A stretch of DNA of 64,000 bases. It comes from Marsupella aquatica. Its lineage: Eukaryota > Plantae > Marchantiophyta. The notes under the pieces are model-generated. The model saw only the letters and a program-made list of their open reading frames with translations. It was not told the origin of the DNA and ran no database searches. Numbering within the stretch: position 1 is the stretch's first letter; each line of letters begins with the position of its first letter. This document shows positions 10,829 to 24,400 of the stretch, piece by piece. The stretch covers positions 12,254,828 to 12,318,827 of the forward strand of contig OZ316894.1 in assembly GCA_973895155.1 (NCBI GenBank), in the 5' to 3' direction. A program made the position numbers and the translations under genes.

Positions 10829-13800
10829 ATGTCACCCTCAATGATGGTGCCCGTACAGTCACCGTGCTGTGAAAGTAGGGGCCTTCGGAAAGGACCGTGG
10901 ACACGAGAAGAAGATTTAAGGTTGAAGGAGTACATTACAAAGCACGGTCATAGTTGCTGGCGAACTCTCCCAAAAGCCGCAGGTCAGTTGCTCACTTCAG
11001 GTGTAGACTGAAATAGTACTCTTTGCACTATGTGCAACCGATGACTATGATACTTCGATCTGGACACTGGAAGTTGCTCCGTGTGTACATAATAATATCT
11101 TGAAAACTGTGCTAGAAGATACACAATTCCTATCAACAGATCTAGACAGCAGTGCCACAAGTGGCCATCTCGTACAGAAGCATACATGAAGGTTTTCACT
11201 AGTATAGTGGGATTAAAATCCAGGTTTGGTGTGTCATTGCTAGAGAGAACATTCGAAGGGTGCACTAGAAACCGTGCAATCACAATAATTTAGATACTTG
11301 CAGTCGATTGTCGGTCTTTGTACCAGCTTGTCTATTCAATAGTCGGTGAACTTATGTGTAATTTGCATTGATTTCGTTCATTGTAGAATTTGGCAATTCA
11401 CACGAGAGAATCATTTGAATTGATGCATGCATGCTGCATACACATTTTGACTAATTCGGTAAATTTCCTACTTATTCGCAGGATTACAGCGCTGTGGAAA
11501 GAGCTGTCGGTTACGATGGATCAATTACTTGAGGCCTGATCTTAAACGTGGGAACTTTTTGGATGCGGAAGAACAGCTCATCATTACTCTGCAGTCCCTC
11601 CTCGGCAACAGGTCTGTTGCATGGACAACCAGAGCATCTAATTTCTTAGATTGAAGCATTTTGGTTATCGGACTTTAGAACAGCTATAAGCATCTTCCGC
11701 AGGGTAAATGATCGACTGACTCTATCAAAAGTCTGCGTTACGCTAGATATGCACGCACTGTCAATCCAAGTTCTAAGTCGTCTTGTTCAAGCTGAAACCT
11801 TCCTATTAGACTCAGAATGATAGTCGACAGGATGTCCATAGCACGCGTCACGAGATTCCAAATTCAAATTCCTACTTGCGAGGTTTAAGGATTTAAACGA
11901 TCCGCAATTTTGTAGATATCAGAGAATTATCGCCAGCTCAAGATATAGTTCAAGTTAATGTAGAACCAGTCGTGAGTGAGTCTCGTAGTCCTTGCTCATG
12001 ATTCCTCGGTGATCCATTAATTAAATGGTCAAGGCTTGCCCATTCAAGCGAGCTGTGTATCTAGGTTGATGCAGCTAATGCTGGAATCTCCAGCTTGTTT
12101 GCTATCACATGATCCAACTTTGGACTATGTAAAATCCTAGACTCTGGCTGCATACTATATTACATGGTGTCGTTCGTCTAATGTGCCGTAGATAGACGCA
12201 ATATATTCTGTCGAGGTTCAGGAACGGTCTTGTATCGTATCCTCTGGTCAGTGAAATCTCGAAAGTGCAGGCGGTGAAACCCTCATTAATTTCTGAACCC
12301 CGTTCTGAACGCGTCATAGGAGCATTCGCTGGAAGGTAGATTAGACTGGGCTAAAGTTGCGGACAAATTTATAAAGCAAGCTCCAAACACTGAGAGAGAT
12401 GTGTCACTTTTCAAGTTGGCTCAAGGCTATTTCGCTTTGACTGTGTAAGCGCGCAGAACTATCGTCGCTTTTTGAAAGTACTGTGTCGTGCCCGTTGGGT
12501 GGGTGACAGAAAAGATTCTCAAATAGTTTTGCTCAAGGCAGGTGTAATACGAGTCTTCGGTTAAAAATGACGTGATCTTATAAGCTGATACATATTTCCT
12601 TGTGAATTGTTCCTTGCAGATGGTCGTTGATTGCTGGACGTCTTCCTGGACGCACGGATAATGAAATAAAAAATCATTGGAATACGCACTTGAAGAAGAA
12701 GCTGAAAAGCATGGGCATAGATCCATCCAAGCACCGGTCCGTGATACCATTGCATTCAGCCGGTCGGAAGAAGATTGTAAACGTAATAGCAACGACGGCA
12801 GCACCAGGACAACCACCGGCTGCGCCGGCAGTGAACAAGACCCTGCACAAACTCAAAGCGCAGCGGCCTAAACCTTCACACCTTGTCAATGGGAGCGCCA
12901 TCCAAGCGGTCCTAGATTCCGCTCGGGAAAGGAGTTATTCCGAGTTCCAGAAACGAGCTCCGGGCAATTTCGTCAAGGGTGATGGTGAGAAGATTGTCGC
13001 CTGTGCTGATGACGATTACCGTGAACACGTCTCCATTGCAGACAAGGTGATCATGGCTGAGGGGTCATGGGACCTCCATGAATCAAACGCTAACGATTTC
13101 AGAGAGGCAATTCACCACTGTCAAGACCAAGCGACTTCGGAGCCCCAATTATGGCTTTGTTCATCACCTAGTTATACAGAGCTAGATGCAAACATTGCGA
13201 TGGAAACCCAGTGTATTGATGACGAGGAGAGCCATGAAAAGTTCTTAGCATCAGTACGCAATGAAAGGATGGATGAATCGTTTCAATTATTTGAGGAAGC
13301 TCGGCAAATACAGTACTCTCCGACGTCGACCTTGACTCACTTTTCGGAAGATAGTCTGAAGTCATCAGAGTGCTCTCCAACTCCAACCTTGATGTCTCCT
13401 TCAACTAGTGTTCCCATGAATAGAATGGCTCAGTGTGATTCGACATATCCTGACGAGCTGTCAGCATACGACAACCGTCGAGAACAGGACCGCGTTTGCG
13501 ACCAGGACTTTTATTCCTTCGCAAATTTTCTGCAAAGATCTCCCTCAACCTTCGCGGGTACCATTAGAAGTGACGACTCGTCAGCAGGCGGATCACCGAC
13601 TTCATCAGAGGAAGATGAGCCTGCGCTCCATTCTGTTCCAGAATGGATGATGACTGCGCCCAGCAGTGATATTGACACAGTACTAGCGAAAGGCCCTGAT
13701 GGAAACACGTGGAGTTCGACCATGGATGTTATGCACGTCGATCCAGTTATGCAGACCGCCATAAATGATGACATTGATCATGTCTCAGCCTATCAAGAAG

Positions 13801-13829
13801 CTCTGTGGAATTTTTTGCAGAACTCCTGA
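10829..13829 (+). CDS. R2R3-MYB transcription factor, 3 exons (10829-10982, 11482-11611, 12620-13829), ~497 aa
   Basis: Translation [20 protein letters not shown]|[30 protein letters not shown]|[36 protein letters not shown] introns sit at the canonical R2R3-MYB positions, with the typical 130-nt second exon. Confidence 0.95.
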
Positions 13830-15681
13830 TCAGCATAAATGATTTGGAAACTATTGATCGATTATAGGATTATGCTGATGACCCTTTCTCATTCACAAGC
13901 TGGGTCTGAAGGGAATCATTCCTGCTTTATCATGTCTCCTCGCTAGTGAAGATGTGTAGGATAGGAGCGGTAAACCTGTTAATGGGACCTAGATCATCTA
14001 AAGTCATTCAATGGATCTAGATATCCTTGCCTCGCGATCATACCAATCTGACAATTACTGATTACATAGTTTGAAATGCCAGGGATGACGCTACACAGAT
14101 TGGCTCGGCGTGAACCATAGACCTAAACGATGGACCTTACAACTTCTGAATACGTCATTCAATTCATATATGATTGAGGTGGCTCGGAGACAATGAACAT
14201 TCCAACCGCCGCGCCCCATTTTTTTTCTATGGGCGCAATACGAGCTTTGAAATAGAGTAGCTGAGTACAAACAGATCCATATGGAGTTTAGTGTAGCCGA
14301 GTAGAAACAGATCCATATGAACCTTAGTTTAGTTGAGTGTCCGAACAGATTCATCTGATCCCTAATGTCCCTAATGTCAGAATTATTACTGAGAACCGGG
14401 GCTTGATCAAAAATTGACGGCCCTAACATTCTCAATTTAGGGGAAAGCGGTGTAGTATAGTGCCACCACGCGACTGTACAGAAGAAGGTTACCAATAGAT
14501 GACCACGTAGTTCCGATGGTGAGAGTGTAGGAAATTTCCATAATCATGAAGAGTGTCGTTCTCCTATGTATCAAGTATCATTTTCTTATGTACAGCAAGT
14601 ATTTAACCTAATTTCGGCTACACAAATGAGAACTCGCGAGTTTCGAGCCAATCCCTGAAGTAAGGTAGTGCAAGAATGGTAGTGGTTGCATGGTTTTTTT
14701 GCATTCAGACACGGAATGAGTACGAACGACAAGTGCTTAGTTCTTACCCGTGTTAGCCTTGCCAAATATTTTCCATCATAACATATTCCATGCATCAAAT
14801 TTGTAATACTGGTATTTTTGGAGCTTTTAAATTTTTGTCACTTCATTATTCAGTTTAGAATTTGCAGTGAGTGCCTTTAAGACATTCATACGCTTCACCA
14901 CGAAATGTAAATACGTCCACGTAGCTGCCTTGGTGGTCTCTACAGCATTCGATCCCGAACTTTTTCATTAACTTACTACCGTAACTGAATCAGACGTCAA
15001 TCTGACAAAACACCAAGATGAACTACTGCCCTCGCGAGCTCCTGCAGTGCATACTTACATCCCTACATGTCCTAACTTGAGAATGTACCTGCGGTTCTCC
15101 TTTCCACACATTAATCTAGCTATCACTGTCGATTTGGCTATCTGTGAGCTAGCTATTAAGACCAACTGAAGGTGCTACTTCAAGTTGCTAAAGAGTTGAA
15201 CGAACTAGCTTAATTTACTTTAATTTACTTGAGGTGCTTGCTTCGACAATACTTATACTGGAATTGTTTTTGGTTGAACGTTGTCCATTTGTTTGTGAAG
15301 GGGGGCCGAAAATGGTCCCAGAACGTATTCCTTGAAGTTATTCTGTGAATCTATGCTCGGAAGTATTGTACTCCAAATTTTTGGATTATATTGGACATCT
15401 TATTGTGTCAAGACAAGAATGTCGCAAATCGTAGGGCCTATTGTTGTGACCACAAACCTTCGTTCGGTCAAGGGCCTGGTTTTTATTACTCTAGCTGAAA
15501 GTCCCCAAAGTAATTATTAATTGCTTAGCGTGATTCCAATGTACAGGTGTGCCTAGACAACGAGATTTGGGCTTAGTACATACACGCATTTCCAGACAAT
15601 CATACACTAAAACATGTGCGCAGTAGAAAAGTTCTCATTTACGACAACTGCACAGGATGCATGACACACAAATCGACCTTC

Positions 15682-15876
15682 TGCAGATCCAATCAGCAAT
15701 AGCTAAGTTGATGATTCTCCCAGCTCAGGAGAGTCATGGGCAGGTGACGGATGGGCAGGAGAGGGATGGGAGAGGGATGCAGATCCAATCATCCATGGCT
15801 AAGTTGATGATTCTCGTAGCGCAAGAGAGGGATGGGCAGGTGAGGGATGGGCAGGAGAGGGATGGGACGGGGATGG
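15682..15876 (+). repeat. 96-bp tandem duplication with internal GGGATGGGCAGG microrepeats
   Basis: TGCAGATCCAATC..GCTAAGTTGATGATTCTC occurs at 15682 and 15778. Confidence 0.8.
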
Positions 15877-18800
15877 GCAGGTGTAAAGATGAGCGGGCCT
15901 ATTGTTCAAACGGGCAGAGAATGAACAGTGGCTGGGTAGGGGAGTTCGATTTCTCCTCTGAGTGATAAATCGACACTAATCAATGGACGACTGTGATAGA
16001 TCATCATGGAAAATAGGTACCCGTACTCCCTTGATTAAATACTTAATTATCCTGTTACTGTAGGTCAACTTAGTTCTACTCATAAGTAAACTAAAGAAGC
16101 TATGACGGTTGGACTGCTCAAATACAAATGTTTCTGTGCTATTGCCCACGCTAGAGTGGTACATAATATCGCCATTCACGTGGAGGGTGCATGATCCATG
16201 ACAATTGTAAAGTTTTGGAAAGTTTAAGAACCTCAGCTCAAAAACGGATATACTCTAAAAGCCATTAATGAGCAAACTTTGGCGACAATGCTCTATGGTC
16301 TGTAGGCTACTGTAGTTACTCCTTTGCATGCATGCTTTAGATTTTTCGGGATTTACAGAAGTCCTGGAGGTGCAGTTGGAAAACTAAGTCCTTGAATTGG
16401 GAGGTCAGCAGCTCTCGGCGTAAAAGCATACTAATCAGGCTTTGCGCGTTCGTTTTGGGGTTGTCGGTCTCGACACTTTCGTGGAAGGACGCTTACTGAG
16501 CAACACGGTTGGGAGGACTAGAGGCCGACGTCGGAAAGCTCGTCCACCCACAACCTGAATCGTTGACTCCTTTGAGCAACAAAATTGAATCCCGTAAGTA
16601 GGCTAGGCCCAATTAACATCGTAAGGCTTATGGACTTACCGGAGACGTTTCAATCAATCTGAACCTGTAGGGCCCTATGCTGAAATCAGACAATTAGCTG
16701 CAACATGGTCGTGTAGATAATTGGGGGGCCCTCTGTTGAAATGAGAAATTAGCCGCAACATTTTCGTCTACATAGTTGTTGTACGCTTTGCATCCTAATC
16801 CGACTTCAATACCCATTCATGCACTCCAGAGCTGATCGATATCTACGAAGGCTATGGGAAACTCGCAGACACAGTCAGCAGGACATCTCCAGGCTTCGCA
16901 TTAACGATTAATCCTGCCATGCATGATTGTATGCCAGCATAGCCAGCGGGTCTAATCTACCAGTAACCCCGCCAGTAACCATCCCGGACAGATCTTCTAA
17001 GTTGTCTTATTAGTTTGACGTTTGACATACTGAAGCAAGGATAACAATTCCTCGAAGGTGCGAAGGTGCGTACTTGACCCCAGAAGGGAAAGGGTCTAGT
17101 GAAAGAGAGGTTCGCTCTGAACACACATATGTGCTTGTGGAGGCACGTCCTTTCGCTGACCTAGCTAGATTCCAACTTTGCACAGCAGAGACGGGCGGTT
17201 AATTAACTCCTTTTCGGAATTTCATGTGAAGTTTGAGGCTATTTGTCGAATCACGCAATTAAACTTTTCTGGAACCGTTGACTCCAGAAGAAGCTGGAAG
17301 CAGGTATTACACTGACGAAATATCTTCAGCTGCAGGAACTTCACCCAATTTAATTAGGTCTGTAGTGCTTAATCTAGAATGTAAACCACAGACCGAATTA
17401 AACTGCGGACAATTATAAAAGTAAACCATGCATTGGATTGAAATTTAGTAGTCTCGATCAATCGGTAATAGTCAGCGTGCCCGACAAGTGAGGTAGAGAT
17501 CTGCTCCGAAGGTTCTGCTGAAGACATTCAAACAATTCAACCTCGCTTGTACCATTTCTCGAAGGTCACTTTGTTAACTAGCTACTATGCAAGCCAAAGA
17601 TCCAGACTCATCCGTTCCATATAACTTGATCCAATGCCAATTGAGATGATGTGTTCTTGTGCTCGAGTTATGGGCGACCGAGTTTATTGCTCTATCACTT
17701 AGGATTTAAACGCATGCATTGGTTGCAGAAACCCATTCCTCAACCATTTCCAGAAAACCTTTTTTGTGCATTGCATGGAAGAAGCTTTCAACGCATTAAT
17801 GCTGTTGAAATGCATGGAAGATCGAAGCTTTCAACGCATACTGCGTTGACATTGCCTAACAAACTACACCTAACTTTGACGCCAAGGTAGGTCTGGAGTA
17901 TTTTGTGCAAGACTATACTGTTCTGCTTCGATCAATGAAACACTGTCGACATAACTTGTAAGATTGGATTTCATGGTGCAAAGTGATAGATGAGGATGTA
18001 CGCTGATTACGTAGTTAGTGTTATTTAACACAACAGACAAAACTTGTGGGATTACATTGATGGTGCATGTGATAGACGAGGATGTACACTTTACATAGTG
18101 TTATGAACAACCAACCATTAAAAATAGTCTTAAGCTAACTTTGCATCAACAATGTTCTTTGCAAAGACTTCAACTAGTGTGACCAGTAACATATTATGGA
18201 AATCAGCCCACAGTAATTGTTGTTTGTCCTGGGAACTTGATACCAAAAATGTTGCATGAACCATCAATGAATCTTGTGACAGGTGTAGTCACATTATTTG
18301 GGTGGAAAAATATTATGAAAACAAGAAGAAGACAGAGAATACATTAAATCAAGAGAGCCTAACTAAACCATTACATTCACCTTAATCATTCATTCATAAA
18401 AGTTATACTAAGATTTTTCACAGGTTGATTTTAGTGTTATGTTAATATGTTTCATAATTAGTGTAGTTTAGGTTCCAAAATTTACACTCACACATTCTTG
18501 TGAGTGTCAAACTGTTTCCATGATAGTAACACTAAGTACTGTAAAATTAGACTGTACATTAAGATGTTTACTTCTTGCATTGATTTCTTGCATTGAACTA
18601 CTAAATAGTCATCAAGGCAGGGTTAATTTGATTCAGTCCAAGCTCACCAAGGGGTCACTTCCCATCGCAGAACAGCACTGACACATAATATAGTGAAGTC
18701 AAATTAAACTACACCCAGACATTGGACCAGGAGTCCTTACCATCAGAGGGTCACTGTGCTCGAATTACCTTCCGCACTATACACCTCACACCCACTCTTG

Positions 18801-19218
18801 ACCTTACAATCCAGAGCCAATTCCGTGGTCACCTGGCTCAGCAATCGAAAGCTCTGAGGTTCAATTCCTCGTCTGACTAAGCGGTTGACACTTTGTCTAT
18901 ATATGGCTCGATCCCTTCCAAACTGACCTTCTGACTGTCACTTACAGTGTGTATGGTTCTAGCAATCTAGCTGTACTGGAATAGAAATCATACTCGCAAT
19001 CATCGCGACAGCAAGCAGTACGTGCGCCGAAAGGATCGGCCTTCCGCAGTTCCGCCTCCTCAACTCCGTAAATATCTGAAAGTTACTGACAGTTCCAGAA
19101 CTTCAGCTTAGAAAGACACAGAGGATTTGGTGACTGGAATGAAAACAGTCATTATTTGAAGCTACTGTAACCACACACATGCAACTCGTGTTTGAATGAT
19201 CGAAAATGGCACTTCATA

Positions 19219-20388
19219 GCCAGCAAAATACTTGATGGGGCCCTCTAGCTAAAAATATTAGTGACTACCTCTAACTTTTCTAACTTTTCAAATATACTTA
19301 ATGGGGTCATGTGTCATTTTCATAGTTCTACAATAGTTTGACAACCTGAAAAATTAAAAGTATACTGTAGATGGGATAATTGGATCAAAAGACATTTCTT
19401 TAAAAAAGGTTGTTGGCTGCTGTCCATGATTTATCACAGGGTATGACATGCAAAGTGAATTTTTTTAGTGTCACTTTGAGTAAAGGTAGCGACCTGAATT
19501 GCAACATGCATTTGTCATGATAGCTAATTTTGTGGTTGTTGCACCAACATTGAGCTCAAAATTATAAGGTCATATAACTGCTTTAACATTTATTATTATG
19601 TGTATCCTATATGCTCATTTTTATGAATTCAATTGATGCCTTGTGTACTAGCTAAAGAATAAAAATTGTTGTAAAAGTGGCATTGCATAAATTTCCTGAA
19701 ATACTCTACCTAGGTGCTCACATCCAAAAAATATATCACAAAAATGACACCAAGGAAACGCTCACATCTAAAGTAAATATTTCCAAAAATGTTTTTGAAA
19801 AATTAGGTAGTGGACCTCCCTGGCTACATTTTTTAGGCCCTGTTTGAGTCAAAATAATGTATGTATAATTTGGTTCGCTACATGCAACCAAATTCTTAAG
19901 TTCAAGAAAGTCAATAGTCAATCTGTGGCAAGTCCATGTGAAACCAAATCAATGTTTGATCAAATTCAACCTCCAACCATAGTTGGCAGTTTGCCTTAAT
20001 TGTGAAAGGCCGGAAATTTTACTCCATATGCCAGTTACCCTTTAACAAGTAAGTTATCAAGTTAGTTACTAGTCATTATTTATTATATCATGATAAATAC
20101 TTTTTAAATCTTCAAATTTATTTATATTTAAATAATAATAAAAATTAAAATAAATAATTTGGATACATAACTAAAATGGTTACATAGTGACCGTTTTACC
20201 CATCTTGCTCTTTGCGTTTCTAAATTTCTACATTTCTTTTTACGGTATGACGTCCCAAAATTTACACCCAAATTGACGTAAACATGAATGAGAATGGTAA
20301 GTTTGATTTACAAAACTGACAAGTCTTGTTTGTTGCCCTTGTTGTTGATGTGGCACACAATCAATGCCCCATCAAGTATTTTGCTGGC
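19219..20388. mobile_element. Non-autonomous TIR element (Mutator-like by TIR similarity); a second right-hand TIR lies at 21441-21461
   Basis: Perfect 23-bp inverted repeat GCCAGCAAAATACTTGATGGGGC (19219-19241) / GCCCCATCAAGTATTTTGCTGGC (20366-20388) with an AT-rich interior. No clear TSD was found. Confidence 0.65.
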
Positions 20389-20427
20389 AGGCATAGGGCT
20401 CATTCTCTACCAATATCATTGCCAAAA

Positions 20428-21415
20428 CATATATCATTGCCAAAAGAGAAGAAGAAGCTCAACTGGAACACATGGTCTCAAAGGCAGAGTAACCCAATAA
20501 AAGGAAAAAGAGGCCCCACTGTAACGCTTGCTGTCAGATTTCCTAAAAAGAGAGAGCTCACACACTCATTTTTGAGTGATATCCTATGTTTTAAAACCCC
20601 ACATCTACACTGCCAGTGTCTCCATGCAGTAATGCTCCATACACATAACCTCAATTCCTCCCCTTTCTTTCGAGTTGGCCACACGTACTATATCTGTACT
20701 TAATGATTTCCTACCTGAAGGTAGACATGCAAGACATCCACTTATTTGCATGCTTAATCCTGACCTAGAAATACTGGAAACACTTGCTGACAGATTTCCA
20801 AAAGATATATATAACATAATGCCAAAGGACAAAAGCACCAAAAGAGGAAACACATCCACTCAATGTATATTGTATTTTTATAAACACATCCATTCATCAA
20901 CTTTCAAGTCATTGCCAATTGCTGTACAGCCAGCGTTCACACCTGTCTCTGACCAAAGAGACTTTGCCGAAAATCTAATGCCATTGCCACCACATGAGGT
21001 ACACTCTAACCAAAGCTCTCTATCATTCTATATATACATCACAGTGCCCAAAGAAAAAAAACGCCAAACCAATGGAAAGGGTCACAAAATGTCACAGAGG
21101 CAAAGCATTCTCTATATATGTTCCTTTTTTTTAAATATACACACTGTCAACAAAAAAGAAGCCCCAAAGAATTGTTTCACTTTTATAAATCATACTTCGA
21201 ACAAAAGAGCGCAAACTTGAGACCCGATAATCGAGAGAAAAGAATGGAAAAACTCAACTCGGACCAACAGGAACCTAGAGACCCAAGAGAAGAGTGTAAC
21301 ATCTGTTTATTTACAGAAAGGGCCAAACAAATAAAAATGATGTCACAGCAAAACAGGTCCCAAACTCAAAATTAGTGTGCAAATATCCCCCAAAGAGCCA
21401 AAAAGATGGAGTCCT
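20428..21415 (+). repeat. Dispersed ~1 kb repeat, copy B (uninterrupted)
   Basis: Colinear with 205-1522 apart from the 336-654 insertion. Confidence 0.9.
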
Positions 21416-24400
21416 GAGAAAGGGTTACATATATGGACAAGGCCCCATCAAGTATTTTGCTAGTTGATCGTTGATTCATGCGTCTAATTTCAGCCGGCCA
21501 GCCCCACGTCACCAGCTTGAGTCAGTGACGGATTATGATTGAATGAGCTCAATCCGTGCGTTGCACAAAAGAAGTCGTGTCGGCCAAGATGTCGTTGAGA
21601 AAAAAACGATGTCGTGTCAGCCAAGAGGTCGTGGAGAGAACCTTGTATTATAGTTTAGTTGTATTTTAGTTTAGGATTAAGAAAGCGTTCTTTAATGCAT
21701 GAACTATGAAGCGAACATTCCGAGGGCAACCGGAATTTTTCTGTGACGCGCGTGACTATATAAGCCGAAATTGACAGTGAAGCTGGGAGAGGGGAGGGAT
21801 TGTAGCCCTCGGTTGTAGCCTTCGTACGTTGGTCCATTGATATTTCCCTCGCAATTTGTGCAGTGGTCCAGGATAATAAGGCTGCTTGATTTTTGATGCT
21901 GATGGTGATTCATCTTCATGGCAACACAGTTTTCTAATGACTCTAGTTCGAACTGAGTGTTGACATTGTAGCTACACAAAAGCTGCGCTATTTGCGGAGA
22001 GCGTGTCTGTCATTCATTGATCAACTACAGGCATACATTCAAGTCTAATAACTAAGCTGATTCAGCTAACCTGTGTGGATCAAGCTACAGCTTAGCAACT
22101 TTACTTCGCAAAGTCGCAGACCCTCTGACTCGATTCTTAAATTTCTTGGGCAGCAACATTGGCGTTATGCAAATTTTGACATTCATACTACAGTTATTTT
22201 GCCTTTGTGAGTGTCATTGTTTTCTTGGTTGAATGCATGATTTACGAACCAGATCATGAGAAAGAGCAGTAGTCGTTGTGGATGTCTTCGAACTTAAATG
22301 TCATAGTGAGTCGATGAATAAAGTTCCAACCGTGTCTTCTGAGCTTCATAGAACAGGCCCTGCAAACGACCGTTACAGCACTGACTCCGTCTATTATGGT
22401 ATAGATCGAGAGCTTACAAGTGTGAGTCACATGCTTCACGAACAGACGAACACCGAAAGCAAAACTCACTGTTGTCGATATCCAGACTCGACAAATACTA
22501 GCTAGGGCTGAATACTTCGTTTCTGTATCTCCGCTAACCAATGAAATTTTCACCAACCAGACAATAATTCCCCCAATTTGGTAATCAGCCTGTTCTAAAG
22601 CTCAATTTACGAAAGCTTGAAATTGTTTCTGCATCAGTCTGGTAAAAACGTTCGAACAATGCTATGCACTAATGTTACTAGGAAGTTGAAATGAATGACA
22701 AACCCCAATATTATATCTAGAACCGAATTTGTATAGAGAAGGGTCTGCGAAACTGGCTTTCCACGGGTAAGGTATTGACACCTCCATTACAAAGGACATC
22801 GGGACCACTACGTACAGTACAGTGAGACGGTCAAGGTCTATTTCACGTTCTTCACCTTGGTTATGTCCAACTCCAAGGGGATCGCTTCCCACCGTCCCCC
22901 AATCAGACGGGACCACAATTACTTGGGCTAGTACAACATGATATTCCAAGCTGTACCTATCCCGCGTTCTTTCTTTCGGTTTTGTCTCCCTCAAAAGAAT
23001 TGTTTCTTATTTCCTGGGAAGGGGTCTTTGGATAAGGATACCTAAATTTACAATCTTTTAATGAACTGAATGATTTGGTCCAATGCATGTGGAGCCATAG
23101 ACGCACTCGGCACCACAGGATTCCCTCAAATTAAGAGGTGGTAGAATATCTCCTTACCCCGCTCCTTCCCACAAACACCTTTTAATTAACAAACCCCAGC
23201 CTTAACTCCCTGATCCTGGTGGGCGTTTGACCAATTTCTTTATAATCGTTCATACCTCATATTACAAGCTTGCTATAACGAACCTGATATCGAAAATTAT
23301 ACAGACTGATGTTTGTGGGTAGAAAAATTGATGAGTCTCTTACAATATATGTTTGGTACCTGTTTACCCAAATCAATATTGATATATCGATCTGTCGTAT
23401 TGAAATAGGTGCGCTCTCTCGAAAGGACGGATGAACCCGAACAGAAGGTGCGCTCTCTCGAAAGGACGATGAACTTGAACAGAAGGTGCATACGGCGATC
23501 TATATATGGCTGGAGACTTTAAGGTGGTGCTGATGGGTTGGCTACGAGCTTGCCCGTGTAGATTTTCTGTCTTGAGAAGTGCACAAGTATGATTTCCTAA
23601 CCAACGTGGGCTACGAAGTGCAAACCTCGGGTAGGGACTATGGGAAAAAAAACTTTCGAGAGTAATTTATTGTTGGCACTGGAATTCGTGTCAAATGCAG
23701 CAAAATGATAGGTCAGCTTAAAACTTCCCATTTCAATTGCACATCGTCAACTATACTTCATTTGTCAATGGCCATCCTGGATCAGGGTTAATTTGCAAAC
23801 TCGCAGTGGCAACAGTACGTGCTTGAGTTCGAGCCCCGCTTTGAGCTTTGCTTGGCTTTGAGCACAAGTTTGAAGCAGAGCTGTAGTTAATTAGTTTACT
23901 TTCTTCTGCTGAGCGATATGATTGGCGATCTTGAGACCCGTTTTGAGCAGATTGCAGTCATCTGGGCACCAGTGTTCTCAAATTAATACTCACACACGTA
24001 CAAACACATGATTCACAGACTGCTAAAATAAAGTTAAGTAACCTGAGAATGAATTGATTTCAAGATCGACAAGTCCATGGTGGATCATGAATGCATCCAT
24101 TTGTATCAAGCTTAGAGTAACACTGAAGAAAGATGTGCATACAACAGTCAGGCATTGTGGGTCATGAGGTTTTCTCAAACACTGGCAAACAGCTGAAGTT
24201 ACGCAACATCGGGCGCAACATTAACCTTGCGCAACAGGCTCCTGATATCAACCCCGACAAACGTGGTCATTCTTTTGACTTAGCAGACAGCAGGCGTGGA
24301 ATGCACTTTTTGGCTCTCGGGCTCCACAACGTCAATCTGTCGGGAGGCGACCCTGGAGGAGTACAGTACCGTCGTGGACTATTACCACGTCATGCAAGGT

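Noticed and set aside
12646-12668. miR858/miR828-type target site in MYB R3
   Set aside because: Too many mismatches to the recalled miR858 complement to support a call.
18835-18875. tRNA-like A-box/B-box (TGGCTCAG..GGTTCAATTCC)
   Set aside because: The spacing is too short and no cloverleaf can be built; at most a SINE/tRNA relic.
20675-21220. 181-aa ORF in the 1-kb repeat
   Set aside because: It is broken into different frames in the paralog at 808-1237 and shows no protein-family signal.
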